From Paraspadella gotoi (taxonomy: Eukaryota; Animalia; Chaetognatha), in contig CM119263.1 in NCBI GenBank assembly GCA_051294375.1, positions 19,806,115 through 19,870,114 on the forward strand: 64,000 nucleotides of DNA, in the 5' to 3' direction. This document shows, one piece after another, positions 44,837 to 57,348 of the stretch. How positions within the stretch are numbered: the stretch's first letter is position 1; every line of letters starts with the position of its first letter. Both the position numbers and the translations under genes were made by a program. The notes below the pieces were generated by a model. That model did not search any database and was not told where the DNA came from. It saw nothing but the letters and a program-made list of their open reading frames with translations.

Positions 44837-46925
44837 CCCGCGCATGTGCTCCTGCTCTCGTCATCATACTCTCTCCATCTCTCGTCATGTACCTCCGTCT
44901 CCATCGTCTCTCTGCTCTCCTTTCATCCTCTCTCTCTCTCTCTCTCCTCTTTTTCTCCATTCCGATTCCAATCAATACTAGTCTTCGCTTTCGTGTTCGA
45001 CGATAAAAACTTTATACTCACGCTATATGTTTTTTTTTTCGCAAAACTTAGCGCATGATTTATCGCTAAATCCTTCGCCGAATTTCACGTTTCTCAGACT
45101 TCGAACGAAATATTTAAACCTTGAGATACGAATTCCATTTTTCCAACTTATTTTCTCTGCCTTGGAGGTAATGATTTTTTTATTTCATTCTAATGACGCC
45201 TTCCGTTGAGTCATTTCGTATTTCAAACTTTTATGCAATATACTTCGATTTTCAAACCTTATAAAGCAGAGTTCTTTTTTTGTGGAACATTTCTAATTCT
45301 GATCACCATCAGTGTTAAGTATTTTATCAAATCTTATCCTCATACAAATTATTAACTTTTTTAAAAATTTAACTGGTAAATTGGTTAACTATGAGGTTTT
45401 CTTCAGAAGATAAAAATCTCAACGAAATCCATTTTCCTTCCTCCGATTTTGGAGGCCTGGGGCGAGTGGGGCGAAGCGGCGCGTTCTTGTTGAGTTATGG
45501 CGTCAATAAAACAGAGGAATTAAAGGGTTTTGAAGCCCCATTTATAACAGGGCGGCGACGAGCGGGAAAATCGATCCCGCCTTCGGCTGACGTTTTATCT
45601 CGGAACTTAATCGTCCTCGTTTCGTATTGAAATCGAGGGTGGGATTATGGAGGAAATTTTGAATTATAACGTGAAGGTTCTCGTTATTTAAAAGCTACTA
45701 TAGAATTTGGCGGAGGTAAATTTTTTCGTTTGTAAGTTTTAAGAAGTCAACTCCATGCACTTATTAAATTTCAAGTGATACTATCAAAAAATGTTAAAAA
45801 AGAGCTCCCTGGCTAAACTTACTCTTTGTTTTAAAAAAGTATTACTGAGATTATTACTAAAGCAATGAGACTGATGTGTTTAATTCTTAGCTCGATCTCG
45901 TCATAAACCGCGATGGAACGATTGTGAATCGTAAAGCCCTGGCAATGTCATCTACAACGTGATAAACTGTCTTTGGAGCTTAGACGCTAATTTAAAACTC
46001 AAGCATTGGATCTCGTTTCCTCAGAGGAAGAAGTCGAGTGAAAAAAGAGAAAAATGATGTCCGATAATTTAATTAAGCCGTCCTTTTATTCCTCCGCGGC
46101 GAATATTTAAAAATGCAAGACTGGAAGATGGTAAAAAATGCAGAGCTGATTTTTTTTTCTCTCTCTCTTTTATTTTGAATCAAGCTAACAGTTCAAAAGA
46201 AAATTCGTGAAACGTAAAACTCAAGTTTAACAGTTTGACGATTTTACAAATTGCCTCGTAAAAATTTTTCAGTTTCGAATCTCCTGTTTATGGTCGTCCA
46301 CGGTGGCCTAAGATTGAAAACTAATTCTTGGTTTGTGGATGTTGATTTCAGTCACTCGTGGCGACGCATAACAGTGATTTGCTCATTTTAACTGGTGGTT
46401 TATACCAAAATGGCTACCAGAATGTCTACAGAATACTGGTTAAAATACCAAAATGGCGCTCTTGTGTTCGTCATTCTTATCATATTTCTAGGTTCTGTCG
46501 GCCTCATCAATCTCTCTGACGGCGATTGTTGGTGGCGATTTTGTTCGCTTCGCTACTGATTATTCTTGACCATGAATTCGATGTGGATCAAGGAAGAATG
46601 ATTAATGTGGTTCCCGTTGCCTTGACGACTTTGGGGTTTGAGGACCGATCAATTCGAGTGTCTTGAATCATGTAAAACCCATTTTTGACTTTAACATCGG
46701 CGGAGGGTCATTAACATCTATAATAAAAAAGTACCATATATGACGACGTGAATAGCAAATGAAGAGAGACAGAAATTATACGAATTACATTTAATAATGT
46801 ACAATGGCAAATAAATCATAATAACGAGAAATAAGATCGAAATGTTTGAGCGTGTCTCCGTTTGTCCTCTAAGTCTGCTTTAAGAGCCACAAAGTCCATA
46901 GATTTGACCACAAAGTCTTTGGGGT

Positions 46926-47066
46926 CAGGAGATTCGCCGGGGAACTCATCAGGTCTTTGGCAAAGACCTGATGAGTTCCCCGGCGAATCTCCTGCGGGGA
47001 ACTCATCAAAGACCTGATGCCGGGGAACTCATCAAAGACCTGATGAGTTCCCCGGCGAATCTCCTG
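46926..47066. repeat. Perfect palindrome (34 bp arms, 1 nt spacer; 46926-46994) followed by rearranged partial copies
   Basis: caggagattcgccggggaactcatcaggtctttg-g-caaagacctgatgagttccccggcgaatctcctg, then cggggaactcatcaaagacctgatg twice and a second copy of the right arm. Confidence 0.95.
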
Positions 47067-47896
47067 CGAGTCTCATGCAAGATCACTGATTACAGAGAGA
47101 GAGAGATTCAGATCGCGAATCACGGGTGCAACTGATCAGCCAAAGGATGGTAGAAAAGGCCACTACACTACACACACAAAAATTCTAAAGAGTTTTTCGA
47201 TGGTTGGTGAACCATCGTCGGTATTGAGATGCGAGAATCAAGATGGCCGCTTCGAATCAGATGGGAATCGAAGCAATTCCAATTGGGAAGGGATTCCGCT
47301 CTCAAATATCATTAGCAGTTTAGATAGCTATCCGGCGGAAAAAGTAGCTCGCGAAACGAAGAAGTCATTGAGAACGCCATGAGATGAGATGGCTTCTCGC
47401 GGTCGAAAGGGCAATTACGATCAAGGTTTAAGGCTGACGATCTTGACGGTGATTGTTATATTTATTAGTGGTTAAACTTATTACTATATTATTATTTTCC
47501 CCTGGGCCTTGTAGATCGGTGAAAACGAATACGACGGTTATGATCAAGATACTCATTAATCACGTGACGGCGATGAATATAAAACGGTTTATTGGCCTAC
47601 AAAAGCTTATAAAGTACTGCGAAGGCCATCGCGAGCTTTACGGCGACATAGAAGGCAACTTGGATCGCGAGGTTCGGCGTTTAAAGGGCGAGAATGTTTC
47701 TTATCGAGGAGGAGGGGAAGGTGGTGTGAGATAAACGGGCGGAACGCTTGGACGAATCGGCGTTGTGGATCCGGCGCCGAGAAAATTCGGCACTGCATTT
47801 TGATCTTCGGCCGGATTCCGTTCGCCCGTTTTTTTCTGCTTCGCTGCTTCGATGACTTTTCTGGGTCGACGGATCTTTTTTCATCGGCCTTGAGGG

Positions 47897-48008
<112 letters not shown>

Positions 48009-48091
48009 CTTCTCTCTCTCTTCCTCGTGCGCTCTCTCTCTCTTCCTCTCTCCTCTCTCTTCTCCTCCTTCTCTTCTCTCTCCTCTCTCTT

Positions 48092-48137
<46 letters not shown>

Positions 48138-49051
48138 GTTGACCCGGACAGATTCAGGTCGACCTGGGTCAACGCGGAAAGGCTCTGGTTGACCCAGGGG
48201 ACCCGGGCCGCGAGCGCCAAAAGCCGAAGAAACTGCATTCGATTTTCTCGGCAGTTTTTGTACCTTTTTTTTTTTTTGTTGCACTTTTTTTTGTTCTATA
48301 GGCGCTTCTTACTTGTAAATCATGAGGACCGCTTATCAGTCTCGCCATCTCGCTTCGCGGGCAGAGGAGCACAGTCAACGCTCGAGTTCGTCCTACGCTC
48401 ATAATTTTTTTTTTTTTAGACATCGTAACGCGTTGAGCCGGTCGAGCGATCCGAGTCGTCGTCCTCGTCACGTCCTCGTCACGTCAAGGCCGCCATGAGT
48501 GTGAAGAGTCATGACCGATTTTCCGAAGCACCTGGATTAATGAATTAATGAGTTCGTTCGAACCGGATTATGATAACGACTAGGCCATCAAAAAAAAAGG
48601 GGGGTGTGGGGGGGCGTGGGCTAGTGACTTTCCGTCTATGTTCGAGATTTTGTGGCCAAAAATAGAAGTTCGTTCGAGTTACGACGGAAAGGAGGAAATT
48701 TGACCAAGAATGATCATTTGTCTCTTTTCTGCTTTTGTGAGGTCTGCGAAAAGTTTTCAATTTTATGAAAAGCATGCGAAAAATTGACCTGAAAATTTCT
48801 CAATTAGAGATATAGTTGTTATTTTTAACTTCGACTTTTGTTTAAACTCCTCATTCATCCTTCTTTAAAAAAAAAAAAAACTTGAATTGAGTCTCGATCT
48901 TTTCAGTTTCAAAGTCGGAAAATGTTTTGACATTCTCCGCTTTGATGAGAGAGAGAAGCCAAACCCGAAAACCAGAAAAGGAATGAAAGAAAGAAAAAGG
49001 CGAAACTCTCTCTCTTTCTCTCTCTTCTCCTTCTCTCTCTCTCTCTCTCTA

Positions 49052-49118
<67 letters not shown>

Positions 49119-49519
49119 CTTCCATTTTCGTCTCTCTTCCATTTTCCTTTGAGACGGACACAATATTCATCTTTATGGATCTCATTCGTGCTCCTCTCCT
49201 CTTACTTTAAGACATCTTCATCGTCGTTCTGGTCGTCGTCGTCTTCGTCTTAATTCCTGGTGTCTCCGTTGGCGTCGCTATTCTGTAGCATGAACTCGAG
49301 AGTTGACTGCGGCGGCAGCTGCATCATTCGCTCTGTCGACGTCATCCCCGCTGCGACTGCAACGCCCTCTCTATTCGAGAGTCGACTGTGAATTAAAAAA
49401 AAATGGAAAGCGTCTCACTAGCTACGGCGGGCCTTTGAGTCATTTGCAGTCTGGTGAATACAAAAAGAAGAAGAGAGAGAAAGAGAGAAAGAAAAAAAAA
49501 GAAAAAAAGAGAGATATAG

Positions 49520-49550
<31 letters not shown>

Positions 49551-50714
49551 TTGAGCGTTTTTTAAGGCTGATTTCAGCGCAAATATTTTTGCTCCATTTC
49601 CTGTCTCTCAAAATTAGAAGCACTAGGTCGAAAAAAACTCAAGGGGTTTAACCTAAAAATGTTTACTTAAATTAATATTTTAAACAAATAATTTTTTTCC
49701 CATCAGTATATTTTCGACTGTCAGTTGTTGGAAAAACTAGTAATGAGATCATCTAAGTAAATAGAGGAAGAAAAAGAAAAAGAGCTAAAAGTAACTTAAC
49801 AGTCGGTCGCTTTAAAAATGACCGAGCCGAGCCACTTTTTTTTTTCTTCCCCTTTTTTTTTCTCGTTTTTACGTTGGCATTGTTCTTCGTCCATGACTTC
49901 GTCTGGCTCTCCCCCATCTTTCTTCTCTCCTACCCTCTTTCGCGTTGTATCTTCATGCTCTCAATCTCTTAACGGGATTGCCAATGCTAGAAAAGCGGAT
50001 TGATTTATCTTTTTCCATCGCCCCGCTTCTTGGCCCGGAACTTCTCTTTTCTTTTTCCCAGTCTCGGTGCCGGATGGAAATCCTCTGCTCCGGCGGCGCC
50101 CGGTCGCCGGGAACGCAGCGGCGCCAGCGCGTTAGCCTCGCATTATATGTCGGCGCCGTTTTTGGACGACGACGACGACAACGACGACCCGAGAAGAACA
50201 ATGTCCAAACGATGATGGCAACCTCGCCTTTGACGTCGAGTTGAGACCGAAAGAAGAACTCATTTCTAACGTACCGCGAAGGCAATAAATATACAAGGAC
50301 GAACGAACCCCGACGGCCATTGACGACGACTCCGACGAAGGCAAACAAATTATAATAAACAAAAGGGAATAAACGAAAAATACTTTTCCTCGTCAATTTT
50401 CTAGTTCGGTCAGTTCGTCTTAATCTCGTCCGATTGATTGATAATCGATATTAGCTGTAGACGGAAGCATGCTTCAGTTAAAAAGGATTACTTTTGAGAA
50501 ATGTTTTTCAGCACAATGTTAATGTATTATTGGTTCTTTTGAAATATAAAACGTCTGTCATCAAACCTCAGAATCGAATGTTTTATGCCCTAAAATTCCC
50601 TTCTTTCTGTAAATTAATTTCTTGACTGGGAACAAAGTGTTTTGATCTTGATCCTGAGGTCTCAACTTTTTCCGATTCCATTTTTTTCGGCGATCATTTC
50701 TTTCCTTTCCTTCG

Positions 50715-50812
50715 CTTTCCTTTCATATGTTTCACCCGCGTTTTTTTTTTCTTTTTCGTTTCTTTCCTTTCCTTCCCTTTCCTTTCATATGTTTCACCCG
50801 CGTTTTTTTTCC
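50715..50812. repeat. Short tandem duplication (~62 bp period)
   Basis: ctttcctttcatatgtttcacccgcgtttttttt occurs twice. Confidence 0.8.
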
Positions 50813-51084
50813 TTTTTCGTTTCTTTCCTCATTTATCTTTTTCCTTTCTGTTTTCTTTCAATGTTTTTTTCTCCTGAGGAAATAAAAATATCCTCAATTA
50901 TTTCCCCAGCCCCCTTTCTCTGTATCGCTTATTTTTTCTCTCTCTCTATTTGTTTTCTCCTTTTACTTTTGTATCTCTCTATCTAGCTCTCGATTTTTAG
51001 TCTACACTTGGTTTTTTCCCTTTCTCGGATTGTTTCCCTAGCTCTCTATCTCTATATCGCTTTTTTTCTCTCTATTTTGTTCTC

Positions 51085-51156
<72 letters not shown>

Positions 51157-51952
51157 CAGTTCTACATTTAATTTTCTCCTTTCCTCCGATTTATTTTCTT
51201 TCCCTCGGATTGTTTGCATGCTTCTTCCTCCAATCTTCCTCCACCTCTCTTCTCGTTCGCTCGCTCCTCCTCTTCCTCTTCCTCCACCTGCTCCTTCTTG
51301 TCCCTTGGAACTGATTGACGTCTTCTCGAATCGTGGAACAGGCCGCTAACAGTTGTTGTCGTCGTCGTCGTCGTCGTCGTCACCTTACGGTCATCGACGC
51401 AAAATATGAAAAGAATTCCGGGTATGGGAGGTCAGGGATTTTGCGCATCAGGGACTTAAAAACGACATTAATGCCTTTTTTTTTACATGGTTGACTTTTT
51501 AGCGTTTATAATGTTTATATTTTTAATGATTCTATTTACCTATATACGTATATATTTCTGGAAAGCGCGATTCCTTTCCTTAATTCATCCGCCTTTTTAT
51601 TAGTAACTTCTGTTTCTCCATTTAAAATGATCAAATATTCAAATCCTAAATATTTAAATATTTAAGATTTAAATATTTAAATATTTAAATTTTAAATCTT
51701 TAAATTTTCTTCTCTTCTCGATCTTTTAAACGTTAAATCTTGTTAAATCGGCGATATTCGCGAAGAAATAAAAATCGAAAGGAAGTTTTGATAAATTGAT
51801 TTCTCCAAACCGCATTTTCATAACTCGGCTTCTGTTTCGTTCATTCATTTTATAAAAGCGAAGAGATTAACCGAAATTCGAAAAAAAAACCGCGCGTGCC
51901 CGGAATTCGTGGATCTGGCGACTCGGACCCTCTCTCCAAGACGCGAGGTCAT

Positions 51953-51977
51953 NNNNNNNNNNNNNNNNNNNNNNNNN
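51953..51977. other. Assembly gap (25 N)
   Basis: Run of n. Confidence 1.
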
Positions 51978-52323
51978 TCACATCAACCCCGCCCTGCCCC
52001 CCACTCCTCCCTTCCTTTCTCCCAAACTTTCATACCTTCACGGTTTCAATGCCAGAGCCTACGTGTTTTAAGGGGAGATCCTTACCTCGACTTTTCCTAC
52101 CGAGAGCGCCGCGGAAGTGAAAATGAACGTTGATTTTACGTGCATTTGAAGCGCCGATCCGTCGGCGGGCTCTATCCGGCTTTCACGCCAGGCGGACCTC
52201 GCGTGCGAGCCCGAAAGCAGAAAATCTGTTTGCATCGCGTCGTTCGCCCTTCAAAGGCCTCGCGCGTGGCCAGAGAACGGGCGTTTCTTTAAAAAAAAAA
52301 ATAGTCGCTGCCCGCGCCTCCGT

Positions 52324-52383
<60 letters not shown>

Positions 52384-55300
52384 AGAGAGAAGAGAGAGAT
52401 GAGCAGAGAGAGAGAAAAGAGAGAGAAAAGAGAGAGGAGAGCGAGAGCGCAAAGGTGTTTTTGACGTCTTTCATGGCGGATGTAAAATCTCCCATTAGCA
52501 TCGGAATAATCACCGAAAAAAACCCTCTTTTCTTTTTAACAGCTCTCTTCTCCTCTCTCTCTACTTCTCGACTTTCTTCTTTTTTCTTTTTCTTCTCCCT
52601 TCTTTCAAACCTCTCCTTCTCCTTCTCTCCTTCTTTAAAAAATTATCTCTTCTCTCCTTCTTTCCCGCGATTTTTTTTTCTTCATTATCCATTTATTTCC
52701 TCCCTTATTTTTTTCTCCGGGGTCGCTTTCTTTCTTCTCTTTAGGCACTCCTTAGATTTTGCGACGCGCCGCTCCCTCTCGCCCGTCCGCCCCTCTTCCG
52801 CCCCCAAGTCTTTTTAAAAACAAACTCTTCCCCAGAGGGCGTTTTCGCGTCGTCCTTCCTGTTGCGTCGTTCGTTTCCCATGGCGACTTCTGTCTCGCGA
52901 CCAAAATTGCTCACTTTCCCTTTTTTTTCGCCGATTGGTTTTATTGCCGAATGAAAGCTACTGGGCGCCTAGAGCCCTCTGGGGGAAATGTATATAAATG
53001 CAGTCAAAAAGATTTAAAAGCCAAACACGTTTATATATATTTGGTGTTTATAAACTACAAATTTGTTCGTTCAGAATAATATGGAATTTGATATCGTTGG
53101 TAATTTCTAATTAAGATTAAACTTAAGTTAAGGCGTAGAACTTTATTTTTTTAAATACGTAACAAAAGAAAGAAATAGAATTAAAAAAAAAGAAAAACCA
53201 AACTCAGTATCCCTTTCTATCTACCCCGAGTAAGACAGTTTCCTTCCCATGATTGCATCTCCTCGCCCAGTTCACCTCCTTCGCATTCGAGATGCATTTT
53301 TGAAAAAAGCTGCATCTACCGAACTCACGGTTTTTTTTCGCGAGAAAGCGATAAAATTCAGTCGCGGCTTTCTAATGCGCGCGGACGCGTACTTTCGTTA
53401 TGAGGTCGGAAAGAAAATTACGAGAATATAGCATATTAGGAAATAATCGTCACCTATCTCTCATAAAGTCGCGCTCTTTCCTCTCTCTCCTCACGTCGGT
53501 CTTCATTGCTCCATTCGCCTTCTCTCTCCTCGAGGCATCTCACCCACTCCTATCCTCTCTCTGATCTCCACTCGCCTGCTTGTGTACACGTAAGCGCTGA
53601 GATGATTCCCCGACGACGACGCACGCACGCACCGACGAACGTTCAGACGATCGACCGCAAGTCCGAAGGAAAAAAGAACGGCTTTCAGTAACTTTTTACG
53701 CCCGCCGAGGGCATAAGGGGCGGGGTGCTTTCGGAAAGTGATGGCGCCCGTGACCAGGAATGGAACAGGAAGGGAAGAGGACGCCGGACTCGAGTGAAAA
53801 AAAAAATGGCTTGCGATCGGTGATGGAAGAGAATGAGGGTGCGAGGGTGGACCGACAGGGGGGGAAGGGAGCGAATCGGGGCAAAGTAGGCTCCAAAGAG
53901 AAATCTTTGAAGAATAAGGAGGCGCGAATTTAGGAGAAGACTCATTTAAGTTTTCGTCCGACTATAACAGTCTGAGTTTTTGAATTGAAAAAAGCTGAGG
54001 TGAGCGAACACACAAACAAACAAAAGCTCGCATTATAAAACTTTGGCGAAACGAGAGAGGCGAGCGTCGAAGCAGAGATGATTGTTTAAAAGGACAACGA
54101 ACGAACTTCGCGTATATCATTTCCAGGTCATCGAGGGATCGGGGACTGAATGGGGGGGGGGGGAGGTCAGTCATATCTAATCGCCCCGGGCGAAAGGGAG
54201 CCGTACGTCGCCGTCAGAAAGCTGCGTCGGAGAAGGCGGCGGCTGCGTTTCTCGACGGCGTCGGCCGGAGAATCGTGCGCCGCCCGTTATCCGACGTCTG
54301 GCGCCGCTGAATAACTCGGAGGGAGAGAAGAGGCTGAAAAGCCGATGGGGGAGAGAGAGAGCCAGAGAAGAGAGAGAGAGAGAGAGATAGAGAGAAGTTA
54401 TTGACGAAATAGAGGCGGAGAGAAAATTGACAATCGATTCTATGCCTGGCGAGGACGTTGGATCTGCTGGCATTGCAAAAACAAAGCGATTACAAGATGT
54501 GATGCCCTAATTAGTTCGAATAACTAAAAATTTTTGCTTAAAAATAATTAACAACTGCTTTTCCTAGTATCGCGTTAAGTGTCGATCGTCCTCGTTTTAA
54601 GATTCTTCTCATAGTTTTTTAAGTGAATCCGCTTTCTGAATCCTTACCCTCCAGGGAACACTTTCTCGTAGAACAAGATCCGTTTCTAATACAGTGAACT
54701 CTTCTTTCAAAGCAAGATTCCTACTTAAAGAGAATTCGCTTTTAGCACTAATTCATATTTTTCACATAGGGAATATACGCTTTCTTAGGATAAATCAAGT
54801 TTGTCCCAAACCAATTCCCCATTTCTTAGAAGTACCTAAATATCTCCTTCCGTGAATCAATCATCTCATCTCCCTCTCGAGCGGGGATTTCGCTTCTCCA
54901 TCTTCGTCCCCGTCGTTTCCGGTAGAAAATCCTCTTCTGGCGAAGAATTCGTCTCACGATTTCGCCGCCAACGAAGCTGGAATGGTGAATTATCCCGAGA
55001 ACCGAGGCGAAAATATATAGTTGAGCAGCCTCTCTCTCTCGTCTCTCTCTCCTCTCTCTCTCTCCTCTCTCATCTCTCTCTCATCTTGTCCTCATCCTCT
55101 CTCTCTCTTCTCTCTCTATCTCTCTCTCTCTGTGTTCTGGGACTATTTTGCCTTGAGTTTCACGCTCGGAGCGAATTTCCGACTGATCCGGCCGGGAGAG
55201 ACGATGTTATATGCGAGGGAAGCGGTGGTCGGGGTCGTGGAAGAGAAGAACACTCCGTATGACGAAATTCTGAGTTGACCAATTTTGGCGCGTTAGAGTT

Positions 55301-57200
55301 TTGCGCGGGATGTTGGGGAAATGTGTCAGATTAGGGAGGAGTAAGTGCGCGGAGTGAGAGTGGCGTTGTGTTTTTCGAAGTCGCGCCTGCGAGACTGCCT
55401 CATGACGGATGAGTTGTAAAACGAAAGTGACCTCTACGAAATGGAGGGGAAATATTGATGACTTTTTCGAGTCGTGGATTTGTCGGAAGGCAAAATATTG
55501 CTCGTGTCAGCAACCTGGAGCTGTTGAGCATCGGAGAAAAAAACCAAATTCAAATTCAAGTCTGTCTGGTTTTTTTGTGCTTTAAGGATTGTTCTTTCAA
55601 AAGAAGAAGCTTTATGAAGCTGTTAGACAGTGCTGGGCGTAAAAGAATCTATGTAATAGTAAGCCCTAGTTGCGCGAGTCCGTCCGGTTACTTCCTCCTC
55701 TCCGGGTCAGTCTGAATCACTGTCAGTCTACTGGGAAATACAGCTGATGAATCTCCTGATACAACCGTCTCGCGATCCCCATCACGACAATGTCTCCCAG
55801 CGGATCCCAATCTAGTTCAGATCCCATTCGACCAAAAATATTTCACATCCGATGAATGGTCAGTATCCCTCGGGTGACACTCAAAAAGTGGACTAGTATG
55901 CTCCGTACATACACGATACTAACGAATGAAACTTAAAGAAGGATACATGAAACACCATCATTATATCTGAACTCAGTTCTGGTAATCCCTGGTCCACCCG
56001 TATGGAAGACTGTGTATCTGTATTCCGGATCTGGAATAATATTGGAAATATACTGAGAATCTATATGCCAAATATCCCTTATGTCGAAATTATCAATCTG
56101 GAAATAATATGGCATCTTCTTAACAAAGAAACGGAAAACTCTTATACACAATCGGCTGAGACCGACAGACTGTCATTAGGTTTTCGCTCCTACGCAAATA
56201 GTCGGCGGCGGGTGATTAATCTCAGTCTGGTAAATTTCATGCTCTCAGTATTAGAAACTTTTTCCAACTAGAAAAACTCCAGTTTTTGTCTGAAATCCGT
56301 AGATGGGACTCAACGCGAAAGAGAAAGAGTCCGAGAGAGAGACGCGTCACAGGAAATAACGAGTCGGATAATCTAGAGCTGGACCAAATATTTGCTGTAG
56401 AGTAGATAAATTAGTGGATCGAGTGCAACCGTTAAGAAGAGAGGAAAACATTAGCCCTATCGCCTATATGAGAAGAAAAGTTTTGATGGACACATCTCTC
56501 TTTCCTCTCTCTTTGCCGCGCACACCGATCTTCCGCCCAGTGATGCCGCCTTCTCTTCGTAACCATAACTCCAAAAGTTGTTTTTTTTTTCGTCATTGCC
56601 AGGTCCTAGTGAAGAACTCACAGATAAAAAAACCCGTGTTGAGAAAAACCAAGAATGAGATGTACTCTGTCCTTATGGCAACCCTTAGGTGATTTTGTGA
56701 ACTTCGTCCCCTTTCCTCATATCGCCCATCTCCGCGCATCTCCTCACACGATACAATCTCTTCTCAACTTTTTTCTCTCTTCTCATCTCGGCCTTCCCGG
56801 GCAATATCATTGCACTTAAGTATAGCTTCTTTGTGGAACTGTCTTTCCCTTTTTCCTTTTCCCTTTTTTTTCTTTCCTTCCGCTTATTTGGATACCCATG
56901 GTGTTAATAGTCCCACTCAATATCCTCCGCTTCTATTACGGAACAACGTTACGAGGAACAAGCTTGCTGGGAAAAACAGGGAGAGAAAAAGAAAAAAAAA
57001 AAAACGCACAGTGATCCTGCAGCAACCTTCGGGACCGGAGCCCGGATCTTGTAACTCTGGGGGCTTGTCAAGCATGGCTCCTTTCTTTTTTTTTTTTTTT
57101 TTTTTTTTGTGTTTTTTTTTTTTTTTTTATTTATTTTTTTCTTTTGTTTTTTTCAAAAAAAAAGCGAGGGCCGGAACGAGGCTGATTGGGCCGTTTTTTT

Positions 57201-57348
57201 AAAAAAGGGGTTACTAGAGGCCGAGAGGGCGGCGGGCAGCGAAGCGTCTGCGCTGTAGGCGACGTCAGCGCGGGTGCGCTCGTGCGAGCTAGCGCGCTCC
57301 TACGTCGGGCGGCTGAGGCGTTGGCGGGCGGGCAAGCAGACGCAGGCA
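57201..57348 (-). ncRNA. Candidate structured small RNA (TATA - GC-rich hairpin - T6), family not recognised
   Basis: Minus-strand TATAA at 57373-57369, nested inverted repeats at 57244-57343 and a T6 run at 57206-57201. Confidence 0.25.

Noticed and set aside
46968-46994. Hammerhead ribozyme-like CTGATGAG...CGAA in the palindrome
   Set aside because: The core reads GAAT rather than GAAA, stem II is very weak, and the perfect palindrome would sequester the core.
51645-51705. Self-complementary AT-rich array (TATTTAAA)n
   Set aside because: It is a low-complexity AT repeat; palindromy is expected from the unit itself.
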